A DNA stretch of 64,000 nucleotides, taken from the NCBI GenBank assembly GCA_963705305.1, contig OY970067.1, positions 1,920,001-1,984,000 on the forward strand. Direction: 5' to 3'. The notes below the pieces were generated by a model. That model was not told where the DNA came from. It made no database searches and was given only the letters and a program-made list of their open reading frames with translations. This document shows, piece by piece, positions 46,958-57,007 of this stretch. A program made the translations under genes and the position numbers. This DNA is from an uncultured Methylomirabilota bacterium. Lineage in GTDB: Bacteria; Methylomirabilota; Methylomirabilia; Methylomirabilales; 2-02-FULL-66-22. Within the stretch, counting starts at the first letter, position 1. Each line of letters begins with the position of its first letter.

Positions 46958-47782
46958 ATGGGCCAGAGTGATGGGGTGGAGAAACTTGCAGACCTGCAGG
47001 AGACCGCGGTGGAATTGCGGGAGCAGATCGCCGTGGTCCGCTTCAACCGGCCGCACGCACTGAACGCCACCACGCCTCGAACGCATGCCGAGCTCGTCCG
47101 CATCTTCACAACCATTCGAAATGATCCTGGCGTGCGGGTAACCATCCTGACCGGCACCGGGGACAAGTCCTTCTGCGTGGGCTCCGACATCAAGCGGTTC
47201 ACGACCATCGATTCCATCGCAGGAGGCCTGGCCGAACCGCAGGGACTGGAGCAGAACCGCTACCTGGAGATCGGCATCATCGAGGGGCTGGGGAAGCCGG
47301 TCATTGCGGCCGTGAACGGGCATTGCCTGGGCGGCGGGCTGGAGATCGCCATGGCGTGCGACTTCATGATCGCGTCGGATCGGGCCACCTTCGGCCTGCC
47401 GGAGCCCAAGCTGGGGCTGTTCTCGGCCAATGGGACGCAGCGTCTCGCCCGGCTGATCGGCCGAAATCGCGCCTTGGAACTGGCCCTGACCGCCGCCATC
47501 ATTCCGGCGGCCGAGGCGGAGCGCATCGGTCTCGTCAACCGGGTGGTTCCCCATGCCGACCTGCTGGTCGAGGCTGAACGGGTGGCCCGGACGATATCGG
47601 CCCTCGCCCCGGTTGCCCTTCGCGTGACTCGAGAATCCATCATACGAGGGTTGGAGATGCCGCTCCAGGACGCGCTTCGCGAGGATGAGTACCGCCATGC
47701 CGTCTTGTGCACAACAGAGGATCGCCTGGAGGGCGTCCAGGCCTTCAAGGAGAAGCGGCCTCCGCGATTCACAGGACGCTGA
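46958..47782 (+). CDS. Enoyl-CoA hydratase/isomerase (crotonase family)
   Basis: NRP..LNA, FCVGSD, KPVIAAVNG.CLGGGLE.A.ACD, FGLPE.KLG, AFKEKRPP.F. Confidence 0.92.
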   Translation: MGQSDGVEKLADLQETAVELREQIAVVRFNRPHALNATTPRTHAELVRIFTTIRNDPGVRVTILTGTGDKSFCVGSDIKRFTTIDSIAGGLAEPQGLEQNRYLEIGIIEGLGKPVIAAVNGHCLGGGLEIAMACDFMIASDRATFGLPEPKLGLFSANGTQRLARLIGRNRALELALTAAIIPAAEAERIGLVNRVVPHADLLVEAERVARTISALAPVALRVTRESIIRGLEMPLQDALREDEYRHAVLCTTEDRLEGVQAFKEKRPPRFTGR

Positions 47783-47832
47783 GGCATTCCCAGCGGCGAC
47801 CGCTGCCCGTTGCATAACTTCAAGGAGGCGCG

Positions 47833-48861
47833 ATGAAAGCGGTAGTCCTTCATGCCTATGGTGGACCGGAAGAGCTGAAAGTAGAGGAGGTGCCGCAGCC
47901 GACGCCGACCCCCGAGGAGGCCTTGGTCCGTATCCGGGCATGCGGGGTGTGTCATCTGGACATGATCGTGCGCTCGGGGATGCGGTCCCGAGCAACGCTT
48001 CCGCGGATCATCGGACACGAGCTCGCGGGGGAAGTTGTCGAGGTGGGCCCTGCGGTCAAGGATCTCTCGCCGGGTGACCGGGTCGCCTCCTTCAACTTCC
48101 AGGCGTGCGGCGAGTGCGAATGGTGCCGCCGGGGGCGTCCCTCTCTCTGTGTGCATCTGAAGGGGGACATCGGCCAGGGGCGGGATGGGGGCTACGCAGA
48201 ATACGTCGCGCTTCCCAGCGCCAACCTCGTCCGGATTCCCGACGGGCTGCCGTTCGAGCACGCATGTCTGGCCGCCTGCTGTTTCGCGCCGCCGTACAAG
48301 GCGATCCGACGGGTTGGGCGGATCCGACCCGGGGACACCGTGCTGGTCACGGGCGCCAGCGGCGGTCTGGGGATGGCGGCCATCCAGATCGCGCGCAAGT
48401 GTGGCGCGAGAACCATCGCCATCACCGCATCGCTATCGAAGGCGGAACGGGTGAAGGCCGCAGGGGCGGACGAGGTCATCGTCAACGGCGATGGCACCTT
48501 TGGGGACGAAGTGCGCAGGCTGACGGACGGAGCGGGGACGGACCTCGTCGTGGAGACGGTGGGCGGCCCAGCCTTCGCTGGGTCGCTTCGCAGCCTGGCG
48601 CGGGGCGGACGCTACGTGATCGTCGGTGAGCTGCACGGGAAACCGGTGCAAATGAATCTCGCGCTGATCATCCTGAAGGAGTGGGAGATCTACGGCGTGC
48701 AGAGCGCCTCGCGGGACGATCTGCACGAGATCCTCCACTTCATGCACCGCACCGGGCTGACGCCGACCATCTGGAAGACGATGCCGCTCGCCCAAGCCGC
48801 GGAGGCCCATTGCCAGCTCGCGAACCGGGAGGCGGTGGGCCGGATCATCTTGACGCCGTGA
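47833..48861 (+). CDS. Zn-binding MDR oxidoreductase (enoyl-CoA/acryloyl-CoA reductase- or ADH-like)
   Basis: GVCHLD, GHELAG, CGECEWC, VLVTGASGGLG. Confidence 0.85.
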   Translation: MKAVVLHAYGGPEELKVEEVPQPTPTPEEALVRIRACGVCHLDMIVRSGMRSRATLPRIIGHELAGEVVEVGPAVKDLSPGDRVASFNFQACGECEWCRRGRPSLCVHLKGDIGQGRDGGYAEYVALPSANLVRIPDGLPFEHACLAACCFAPPYKAIRRVGRIRPGDTVLVTGASGGLGMAAIQIARKCGARTIAITASLSKAERVKAAGADEVIVNGDGTFGDEVRRLTDGAGTDLVVETVGGPAFAGSLRSLARGGRYVIVGELHGKPVQMNLALIILKEWEIYGVQSASRDDLHEILHFMHRTGLTPTIWKTMPLAQAAEAHCQLANREAVGRIILTP

Positions 48862-49044
48862 CACCTCTGCTTGAAGGACGCGGACGGAGAGGAGGCGGGA
48901 CACTCAGGGCAGCGCCAGAAGTAACCAGGCTTCTTCATCGGGGGCCGTGGGCCCCAAGGAGGGCAGGAGATGGCAAGCATGGGAGGAGGCTCGAGGGTGT
49001 CCATGCGCACGGGGTGCGGCGGAGGCACATCGCGGGAAAAGGGC

Positions 49045-50241
49045 ATGTCCCTGCCGGGAGGATTCGCCCTGGGGCGACGTGGGGTCCTGCTGGTCCTTGG
49101 AGTGGCGCTTGTCGCCGCACTGGCGGCCGTACCGCCCGCGTTCGCCCAGACCGTCAAGCTCGCCACCCTGGCGGAGATCACGGGAGCCGGCGCGCCCGTT
49201 GGAAACATGTGGCGCGACGGAGTCAACCTGGCGGTTGAGGACATCAACAAGAAGGGCGGGATCCTGGGCCGGAAGGTGGAGAACATCACCATGGACACCC
49301 AGTCGGACCCGCCGACCGCCGTGTCCGTCATGCGTCGCGCGCTCAACGAGAAGCCGTTTGCCATCCTGGGGCCGGTGTACAGCAGCGGCACGCTGGCCAA
49401 CATGGACCTTGCGCGCCAGACCGGCATCCCCCAGATCACCGGGTCCGAAGCGGTGTTCCTGGTCGAAAAGGGGAATCCCAATATTTTTCTGACCTCCTTC
49501 ACTCAGCAGGTCAGCTTTGCGATTGCTGTCCGCTGGCTCGTCGACGATCTCAAGGCGCAGAAGATCGCGCTGATCTGGGTGAACGACGCCTTTGGCAAAG
49601 GCGGTCGGGACATGTTCCTCAAGTTTCTCAAGGAGAGAGGCAAGCCCCCCGTTGCGGATATTTCCACAGAGGTGGGGCAGGCCGATTTCACACCGGAGCT
49701 GACCCAGGTGCGGGCCTCCGGGGCTACCTACGTCATGATTTACCTCCACGAGGAGGAAAGCGCGCGCTTGATGATCCAACTCCGCAGCCTCGGGCTGAAC
49801 ATCCATGCGGTCGGTGAAACAACCCTCTGCACTCAGGACACCATCAATGCGGGCGGGGACGCCCTGAACGGTGCCATGTGCCATGTGCCGATGACGGCAG
49901 ATGCGCCCATTCCTGCCATGGTGGACGTGGCCAAGCGGTTTCGGGAGAAGTACGGGCACGGGCCAGACCACAACGCCTTCAAAGCATATATCGGAGTCCA
50001 CATGGTGAAGACAGTCGTGGACCGGGTAGGCGCCTTCGACCAGGCCAAGTTCCGCGACTGCTTGCATAACAACCTGTTCACCACGGCAGACGAACCCGGG
50101 TTGCTCATGGACATGTACATGGCCAACAACGGGGATGCCGATCGCCAAAGCTTTATCGTGGAGGTGCAGAACCGCCAGCAGAAGGTGATCGAGGCCGTGC
50201 CGATGTTGCACGGGCCCTACACCAAGCGGGCCTGTCGCTAA
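49045..50241 (+). CDS. Liv/HAAT-type ABC substrate-binding protein 1; start uncertain
   Basis: Signal peptide; LAVEDINKKGGILGRK, NDAFGKGG, DFTPEL. Confidence 0.9.
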   Translation: MSLPGGFALGRRGVLLVLGVALVAALAAVPPAFAQTVKLATLAEITGAGAPVGNMWRDGVNLAVEDINKKGGILGRKVENITMDTQSDPPTAVSVMRRALNEKPFAILGPVYSSGTLANMDLARQTGIPQITGSEAVFLVEKGNPNIFLTSFTQQVSFAIAVRWLVDDLKAQKIALIWVNDAFGKGGRDMFLKFLKERGKPPVADISTEVGQADFTPELTQVRASGATYVMIYLHEEESARLMIQLRSLGLNIHAVGETTLCTQDTINAGGDALNGAMCHVPMTADAPIPAMVDVAKRFREKYGHGPDHNAFKAYIGVHMVKTVVDRVGAFDQAKFRDCLHNNLFTTADEPGLLMDMYMANNGDADRQSFIVEVQNRQQKVIEAVPMLHGPYTKRACR

Positions 50242-50301
50242 AGCGGCGACCGGGGGGGGAGCCCCGGCTCCCCCTCTCTCGGGTAATCCTGGGGGACTGG
50301 C

Positions 50302-51177
50302 ATGACAGATGTTCTTCAGCTTTTCATCGCCGGGATCTCGATTGGCTCCATCTATGCCATGGTGGCGATCGGTTTTGTCCTCCTGTGGCAAACCTCCAAT
50401 ACGATCAACTTCGCGCAGGGGGAGTTCGTGACCCTCCCGGCGTTCCTGATGGTACTGTTCTGGAGCGTGCTCAAACTGCCGTTCGCCGTCGCGCTGGTAT
50501 GCACGATGCTCGTGTCCGCCCTGCTTCTGGGTGTTGTGGTCAAAAAGGCCATGGTGGACCCACTCATCCACTTGGGAGTCTTGCCCCTGGTGATTGCCAC
50601 CCTCGGCTTGAGCATGCTGGTTCGCTACTCGCTGCAACAATTCTGGACCCCGTTGGCCCTTCCGTTCCCGCCAATCTTCTCGCGGACGGGGATCAAGGTG
50701 GGGAGCGTGATTTTCTCCGTCGAGCAGATCGGAAACGTGGTGTTTGTGGCGGCGATTACCGGGGGGCTCGAACTATTCATCTCGCGGACCAAAATGGGCT
50801 GGGGCATGCAGGCTGTGGCGCAGAACCGCCACCTCGCCCGGACCCTGGGCATCGATGTCTCCCGCCTGGTGCTGCTCACCTTCGTTCTCAACGCGGCACT
50901 AACGGCGGCTGCGGCCGTGCTCATCGCGCCCGTCTACCTCGTGAAGTACGACATCGGCATCGGCCTGGGCTTGAAGGCGTTCTACGCCGCGATCATCGGT
51001 GGGTTCAACCAGATCCGGGGCGCGCTCCTAGGGGGACTGCTGGTGGGCGTGGTCGAGACGTATTCGGCGGCGTACATCTCCAGCCAGTATCGGGACGCCT
51101 TTGCCCTGGTCATTTTGATTGCGGTCCTGCTCTTCAAATCCGAGGGCATCTTGGGAGTCAAGGAAGAATGGTCGTAG
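50302..51177 (+). CDS. Liv-type ABC permease (LivH-like) 1
   Basis: GSIYAMVAIGF, INFAQGE, AVAQN...A..LGI, KAFYAAIIGG. Confidence 0.92.
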   Translation: MTDVLQLFIAGISIGSIYAMVAIGFVLLWQTSNTINFAQGEFVTLPAFLMVLFWSVLKLPFAVALVCTMLVSALLLGVVVKKAMVDPLIHLGVLPLVIATLGLSMLVRYSLQQFWTPLALPFPPIFSRTGIKVGSVIFSVEQIGNVVFVAAITGGLELFISRTKMGWGMQAVAQNRHLARTLGIDVSRLVLLTFVLNAALTAAAAVLIAPVYLVKYDIGIGLGLKAFYAAIIGGFNQIRGALLGGLLVGVVETYSAAYISSQYRDAFALVILIAVLLFKSEGILGVKEEWS

Positions 51178-51190
51178 GGAGGAGACACCC

Positions 51191-52186
51191 ATGACGCGCC
51201 GGCGGATTCTGGGATTGCTGATCGCCATTACGGTGCTCCTCCTGCTCCCCCTGGGGCTGGAACAATACAAGCTTTACCTGGCCAGCCTGACCTTGGTGTA
51301 TCTGATAGCGGTGATCGGCCTGAACCTCACCCTTGGGTACGCGGGGCAGATATCGCTGGCCACGGCTGCCATGATGTCCTTTGGCGCTTACGCCGTTGCC
51401 CTCCTGGTCCCCCGAGGAATCCCGTTCGAAGTTGCGCTTCTCGCCGGGGCGCTCTTCGCCTTTCTCTGGGGATTGGTCCTGGGGTTTCCCGCCCTCAAGG
51501 TGAAGCATCACTACCTGGCCATGGTGACGCTCGGGTTCAACGTCATTGTCTATCTGGTGATCCGCAACTGGGAATCATTCACGGGCGGCTCCTTCGGCAT
51601 CAATGCCATTCAGCGACCCGCCTGGGGACCGCTTCGCTTCGCGTCGGACCGCGCCTACTACTATTACATCCTGGGCTGGACCGCGCTGGTTGTGGCGTCG
51701 GCCTACTGGATTCTCCATTCCAGGTGGGGTCGGGCATTCCGGGCCATCCGGGAAAACGAGATGCGCGCCGAGGTGGTTGGAGTGAACCTGCGGAACTACA
51801 AGCTGATGGCCTTCGCCATTGGCTCGTTCTATGCCGGGATCGGCGGGGCCCTGTTCGCCCCCCTCCTGACGTATATCGACCCCAGCGCATTCACCCTGGA
51901 TCGTTCGTTCCAAGCTCTGATCATGGTGGTCCTGGGAGGTCTGGGCCGATTCGAGGGGCCGTTCATCGGGACGGCGGCGGTGACTCTCCTGCCCGAGGCG
52001 CTCCGTGGCTCCGAGGGGCTCTACCTCATTATCTATTCGCTCTCGGTCATCCTGATGATGGTTTTCATGCCCAAGGGCTTGGTGACGTTCTGGGACTGGG
52101 CGGTCGGGTGGGCCTCCGGTCAAAAGCCTGGAATGGCCCAGCCGCCCGGCGTGGAGAAATCGGCTGCCGTTTGGCATTCGAAATAA
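51191..52186 (+). CDS. Liv-type ABC permease (LivM-like) 1
   Basis: GYAGQISL, YLAMVTLGF, GRAFRAIRENE, MVVLGGLG. Confidence 0.92.
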   Translation: MTRRRILGLLIAITVLLLLPLGLEQYKLYLASLTLVYLIAVIGLNLTLGYAGQISLATAAMMSFGAYAVALLVPRGIPFEVALLAGALFAFLWGLVLGFPALKVKHHYLAMVTLGFNVIVYLVIRNWESFTGGSFGINAIQRPAWGPLRFASDRAYYYYILGWTALVVASAYWILHSRWGRAFRAIRENEMRAEVVGVNLRNYKLMAFAIGSFYAGIGGALFAPLLTYIDPSAFTLDRSFQALIMVVLGGLGRFEGPFIGTAAVTLLPEALRGSEGLYLIIYSLSVILMMVFMPKGLVTFWDWAVGWASGQKPGMAQPPGVEKSAAVWHSK

Positions 52187-52207
52187 TCCCGGCAAGGGAG
52201 AGCCAGG

Positions 52208-52945
52208 ATGCCAATGCTCGAGATTCGCGGCCTCAGCAAGCACTTCTTCCGGTTGCGCGCCGTGCAGGATGTGAGTTTCGGCGTCGAATCCAAGGAACTG
52301 CTGGGCTTGATCGGGCCGAACGGTTCCGGGAAGACGACCGTGTTCAACTGTGTGACCGGGATCCTCCCGGTCACGGGGGGACAGGTGTTGTTCAAGGGCG
52401 AGGACATTACCGGCAGCAACCCCGATGCCATCTATCATCGTGGGGTCGCCCGAACCTTCCAGCTCATCCAGCTCTTTCCGCAAATGACTGTGCTGGACAA
52501 CATGCTCATGGCAGGACAAGAGCGGAAGGGCACGATGCTGCGCCGCCTGCTGAGCCTGGATGAGACGGACGAGCGGGAGCGCGCGCTGAAGCTCTTGGAG
52601 TACCTGGATCTCTTCGCGGCGAAAGACGGCCTGGCAGCCAACCTGTCGTATGGGGAGCAGAAGATCCTGGACTTCGGCATGGCGCTTATGTCCGACCCCG
52701 AGATCGTTCTCCTGGATGAACCCATGGCCGGCGTCAACCCGACTGTCGTTAAACGGCTGGTCGGCTATATCCGAGATCTCAATAAGCGGGGAAACACCTT
52801 CGTGGTCATCGAGCATAACATGCAGGTGGTGATGTCCCTGTGCCAGCGCATCGTAGTCCTGAGCCAGGGGGAGAAGATCGCGGAAGGGACCCCTGAGGAG
52901 ATCCAGAAGAACCCGCTGGTCATGGAAGCCTACTTTGGGAGTTAG
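52208..52945 (+). CDS. Liv-type ABC ATPase (LivG-like) 1
   Basis: GPNGSGKTT, ARTFQ, LSYGEQK, LDEP.AG, IEHNM. Confidence 0.93.
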   Translation: MPMLEIRGLSKHFFRLRAVQDVSFGVESKELLGLIGPNGSGKTTVFNCVTGILPVTGGQVLFKGEDITGSNPDAIYHRGVARTFQLIQLFPQMTVLDNMLMAGQERKGTMLRRLLSLDETDERERALKLLEYLDLFAAKDGLAANLSYGEQKILDFGMALMSDPEIVLLDEPMAGVNPTVVKRLVGYIRDLNKRGNTFVVIEHNMQVVMSLCQRIVVLSQGEKIAEGTPEEIQKNPLVMEAYFGS

Positions 52946-52947
52946 GC

Positions 52948-53658
52948 ATGGCCCTGCTGGAAGTCGAGAACATTTACGCCGGATATGGTAAGTCGGAAGT
53001 TCTCCACGGCGTCAGCCTGAAGGTGGAGGCAGGGCAGATCGTCTCCATCATCGGTCCCAATGGGGCCGGCAAGTCCACGTTGTTCCTGACCGTCTTCGGT
53101 CTCCTTCCGGTCCGGCAGGGCCGTGTGGTCTTCGCCGGGGAGGAGGTCACGAATCGGCCGCCCGAGCTGCTCCTCCGCCGAGGGATGGCCTTGGTTCCTC
53201 AGGGGCGTAACGTGTTTCCGTTGATGTCGGTGGAAGAGAATATCCTCCTGGGCGCCTACATCCATAAGCGCACGGCTGAACTGCTGAAAGAGCTGGATCG
53301 GGTGTACGAGGTCTTCCCAATCTTGCGCGAGAAGCGGAATGAGCGAGCGAGCGATCTGTCCGGCGGTCAGCAGCAGATGCTGGAAATCGGCCGCTCGCTC
53401 ATCCTCAAGCCCAAGCTGATGCTCCTCGACGAGCCGACGCTGGGACTGGCTCCGCTGGTGTTCAAGCAGATCTTCGAGATCATCGTCCGTTTCAAGCAGC
53501 AAGGCCAGACCATCCTCTTGGTGGAGCAGAACGCGGCCAAGGCGCTGGAGATCTCCGATCGCGCGTACGTGATCGAGGTGGGCATGATTCGGTACGAGGG
53601 GTCGGGCGAGGTCATCCGAAACGACGAACGGGTCAAACGCCTGTACCTCGGCGGCTGA
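52948..53658 (+). CDS. Liv-type ABC ATPase (LivF-like) 1
   Basis: GPNGAGKST, LSGGQQQML, LDEPTLGLAP, VEQN. Confidence 0.93.
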   Translation: MALLEVENIYAGYGKSEVLHGVSLKVEAGQIVSIIGPNGAGKSTLFLTVFGLLPVRQGRVVFAGEEVTNRPPELLLRRGMALVPQGRNVFPLMSVEENILLGAYIHKRTAELLKELDRVYEVFPILREKRNERASDLSGGQQQMLEIGRSLILKPKLMLLDEPTLGLAPLVFKQIFEIIVRFKQQGQTILLVEQNAAKALEISDRAYVIEVGMIRYEGSGEVIRNDERVKRLYLGG

Positions 53659-53775
53659 AAGGCCGAGCGCTGCGCCGTGGGGTTTCAGAGTCAAGGGCGG
53701 GTTGCACGAACAGGGAGGTCATGGACAGAAACAGGGGGTCGGTGGGCGACTGACCTGCTCGAACGGAGGAGCCAC

Positions 53776-54240
53776 ATGTCCGCTGTGCACTACTACGAGG
53801 ATGCGAAGGTGGGGGATGAGTGTGTGACTCCCGCGGTCACAATCACCGATGCGCATATTCTGGCGTATGCGGGCGTCTCTGGCGACCACTCGCCTCCCCA
53901 CGTGGACGATGAGTACGCCCGGACCAGCGCATTCGGCGCCCGGGTGGCCCACGGGCTGCTGGGCCTGGCGGTCACCGACGGGCTGAAGACCCAAGCCGAG
54001 TACCGCTTCCCCCCCGGCATGTCCCTGGGGTGGACGTGGGATTTCACCGCGCCCATCAAGATCGGGGATACGGTCCACGTGAAGTTTCGCGTGGCGAGCA
54101 TGCGCACGACCAAGAAGCCGGCCTGGGGGATTGTCTACCTGGCCACGGAATTGATCAACCAGCGGGGCGAGGTAGTTCAGCGGGGGGAGCACCGCCTGAT
54201 GATTCCCCGCCGGGCCGCCAGCCCCCAGGGCGGGGCATAA
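53776..54240 (+). CDS. MaoC-like (R)-specific hydratase/dehydratase 1
   Basis: YYED, SGDHSP.H.D.EYA....FG.RVAHG, FTAPI.IGDT; GGAGGAG RBS. Confidence 0.9.
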   Translation: MSAVHYYEDAKVGDECVTPAVTITDAHILAYAGVSGDHSPPHVDDEYARTSAFGARVAHGLLGLAVTDGLKTQAEYRFPPGMSLGWTWDFTAPIKIGDTVHVKFRVASMRTTKKPAWGIVYLATELINQRGEVVQRGEHRLMIPRRAASPQGGA

Positions 54241-54302
54241 CTCAATTGGCGAGTGCGTCGGACACCGGTGAATCCGAATGCTCCGATAGGCTGCGAGGAT
54301 CG

Positions 54303-55535
54303 ATGATGCCAAGTCAGCCCCTTCCCCTGGAAGGCATTCGTGTAATCGACTTCACGCATTTCTTGGCCGGGCCGTACCTCACTCGATGCCTGGCGGCATT
54401 CGGCGCCGAGGTCATCAAGGTGGAACGTCCCACAGCCGGCGATGAGGCACGCACCCATCCCTACCTCATCGAGGGGCAGAGCGGCTACTACATCCAGCAG
54501 AACATGGGCAAGAAGGGGCTGTGCCTGAATCTCAAAGATCCCCGGGGTCTGCAGGTGCTCCATAAGCTTGCGCGGGCCTCGGACGTCTTCGTCGAGAACT
54601 ATCGACCGGGTGTCCTCGAGCGGCTACGTTTGGGATACGCGGAACTGTCTGCGCTTAATTCTGCTTTGATCTACTGCTCCGTCTCCGCCTACGGCCATAC
54701 CGGTCCTGACGCCGGTCGGCCGGGATACGGGCTCATCGGCGAGGCGAAGAGCGGGGTCATGGATCTCGTTGGGACGCCCGGGCAGGCGCCGCCGTTGCTG
54801 CGTGTGCCTGTCGCCGACATGTTCGCGGGCATCCATGGAGTAGCAGCGGTCTGCGCGGCGTTGGTGGGCCGGCAAACCACACAGCGGGGCCAGCACATCG
54901 ACATGGCGCTCTACGACTGCATGGTAGCGCTGCACGAGTTCGCGGTGCAGTGTTACACCTTGAGCGGCGGCAAGGAGATCCTGGAGCGCAGTGGGTCCGA
55001 TCTGCCGCAATCCACGCTCTATGGAGTTTTCGAAGCGCGCGACGGCTACCTGGGGATCGCTGCCCAGGTTGATGATGCATGGAAACGGCTGGCCCGACTC
55101 GTAGGAGGAGAGACGCTGGCAGCGGATCCCCGATTCCACAGCCTGGCAGGCCGGAACGCCCATCGGAAGGAATTGCTGGCGCGCGTGCAAGAGTGGGTGT
55201 CGGCTCAGCCAACCCGCAAAGAATGCGTGGCGGCCTTGGACTCGGCCGGCGTGCCATGTGCCCTAGTGCAACGCATCGACGAGGTGGTAGCCGATCCCCA
55301 GATCCGGGCGCGCGGCATGCTCTTTGAGCAGGAGCATCCCGTCCTGGGCCGCATCACCATGCCCAATGTGCCGTTCAAGTTCTCAGACGTGGATGTTACA
55401 CCGCGTCGGCCGGCGCCGCTGCTGGGTGAGCACAATCGGGAAATCCTCGCGACCACCCTGGGGTATTCGGGGGCCGAGGTAGAGGCCCTGGAGCGGGACG
55501 GCGTCCTGTACGCCGAAACCGCAGTGCACCGGTAG
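54303..55535 (+). CDS. Class III CoA-transferase (CaiB/BaiF family)
   Basis: PLEGIRVIDFT..LAGP, GAEVIKVE, DVFVENYRPG, YCSVS.YG.TGP, VAD, APLLGEHN. Confidence 0.93.
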   Translation: MMPSQPLPLEGIRVIDFTHFLAGPYLTRCLAAFGAEVIKVERPTAGDEARTHPYLIEGQSGYYIQQNMGKKGLCLNLKDPRGLQVLHKLARASDVFVENYRPGVLERLRLGYAELSALNSALIYCSVSAYGHTGPDAGRPGYGLIGEAKSGVMDLVGTPGQAPPLLRVPVADMFAGIHGVAAVCAALVGRQTTQRGQHIDMALYDCMVALHEFAVQCYTLSGGKEILERSGSDLPQSTLYGVFEARDGYLGIAAQVDDAWKRLARLVGGETLAADPRFHSLAGRNAHRKELLARVQEWVSAQPTRKECVAALDSAGVPCALVQRIDEVVADPQIRARGMLFEQEHPVLGRITMPNVPFKFSDVDVTPRRPAPLLGEHNREILATTLGYSGAEVEALERDGVLYAETAVHR

Positions 55536-55637
55536 CGCAGGGAGATCATCAACGCGGACACTTACCCCAGTCTCTTCTCGCTGTTCAGCGTGGGGGTCAT
55601 CCCTTTGCCCAATCGCATCGCTTCAGGGGTATTCTGC

Positions 55638-56726
55638 ATGAAGACTAGATTGACAGACTTACTCAACACGAAATTCCCGATTGTCCAATGCGGTATGGCC
55701 TCGGTCGCCTCTACAACTTTGGCCAGCGCTGTCTGTAAGGCGGGAGGCCTTGGCATTCTGGCTGCCGCCGGCCAGTCCGCCGAAGAATTGCGGACCGAGA
55801 TACGCCAAATGAAAGAAATGACTACCGGCAAGTTCGGAGTAAATCTGGTGCCGGTGGCACCCCGATTTCCCGTTCACTTCCGTGTTGCCTTAGAAGAAAG
55901 AGTGCCCGTCATGTGCTCCGGCCTGCGAAACCCATTCACCCTGATGAATACCAAAAAGCCGGAGGGGATGCTCTATGTTCCCACCGTGGGCAGTCTCAGA
56001 CAGGCGTTAAGCGTAGAGCGCGGGGGTGCCGATGCCGTTATCGTCCAAGGATGGGAAGCCGGCGGGCACGCGAGTGATGTGTCCTCGATGGTGCTCATAC
56101 CCGAGGTAGCCGAAAATGTTAAGATCCCGGTTATCGGAGCGGGTGGTTTTTGCGATGGCAAAGGCCTGGCGGCGGCACTTGCGCTCGGAGCTGAAGGGAT
56201 TGCGATGGGTACCCGCTTTGCCATTACTCAGGAGAGCCCGATTCCAGCCGTGCTGAAAGACGTGTATATAAAGTCAAATACGGCGGATGCCGTAGTGAGT
56301 GCCGTCTGGGATGGGTTCCCCATGAGGGTGCTGAGAGGCGAGAAAATGAAACATTATAAGGGGTGGTGGACACACCCCTGGGACTTGCCTTACTTCTTTT
56401 TTTCCGCCAAGAGAGCCTACCGTGCTAGTTGGCGGGAAATGATGGCGGCCGCAAGGGGCGCCAAACTGGTGCACGCCTCCCTTCCGCAATACCTGATCGG
56501 CATGGAGAAGAATCGCTTAACCATCGTTACAGGGGACATTCGGAAAGGGTTCTCCCCATCAGGACAGGTGGTCGGCCGCATTAAAGACATTCCGACCTGC
56601 GGTGAGCTGATGGAGCGCGTCGTCACCGAGGCTGATGCAATTTTAAGAAAGATCTCAGCCGATTATCAAATGACAAACCGTCTAGGTGTCCGACAAACCG
56701 CAGCGGCCCCGGAAATGCGAGGGTGA
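55638..56726 (+). CDS. Nitronate monooxygenase / FabK-like FMN enoyl-thioester reductase
   Basis: PIVQ.GM, AGGLGIL, FGVNL, QGWEAGGH, PVIGAGGF.DGKGLAAALALGA.G..MGTRF, GQVVG.I. Confidence 0.88.
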   Translation: MKTRLTDLLNTKFPIVQCGMASVASTTLASAVCKAGGLGILAAAGQSAEELRTEIRQMKEMTTGKFGVNLVPVAPRFPVHFRVALEERVPVMCSGLRNPFTLMNTKKPEGMLYVPTVGSLRQALSVERGGADAVIVQGWEAGGHASDVSSMVLIPEVAENVKIPVIGAGGFCDGKGLAAALALGAEGIAMGTRFAITQESPIPAVLKDVYIKSNTADAVVSAVWDGFPMRVLRGEKMKHYKGWWTHPWDLPYFFFSAKRAYRASWREMMAAARGAKLVHASLPQYLIGMEKNRLTIVTGDIRKGFSPSGQVVGRIKDIPTCGELMERVVTEADAILRKISADYQMTNRLGVRQTAAAPEMRG

Positions 56727-56786
56727 GGGCCCAGCGTCCTGTCCCGGTGGTTTGTGACACAAATTCTGCACGCGGAGTGGCGATTC

Positions 56787-56834
56787 GGCGTCCTGTACGC
56801 CGAAGCCACGGTGCGGCGGTAGCGTGGGGGAGAT
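56787..56834 (+). repeat. Imperfect direct repeat of the CoA-transferase 3' end (55500-55546)
   Basis: GGCGTCCTGTACGCCGAA (18 bp) is identical; GVLYAEATVRR* vs GVLYAETAVHR*; similarity continues past the stop codon. Confidence 0.85.
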
Positions 56835-57007
56835 GACGCCGCACTCCGGATCCGATGAGTCGCCCCGAGCCGTGGAAGCCCGGGAGGGACGATGCGAAGA
56901 GCGCTCGCCGCGAGCAGAGTCGATCTCGGCGTTGAGATCGATGCGCTGGTGACCAGTGCGGGCGCGCGATTTGAGACTTGTGAAACACCACGGGAGGTGT
57001 GAATGAG

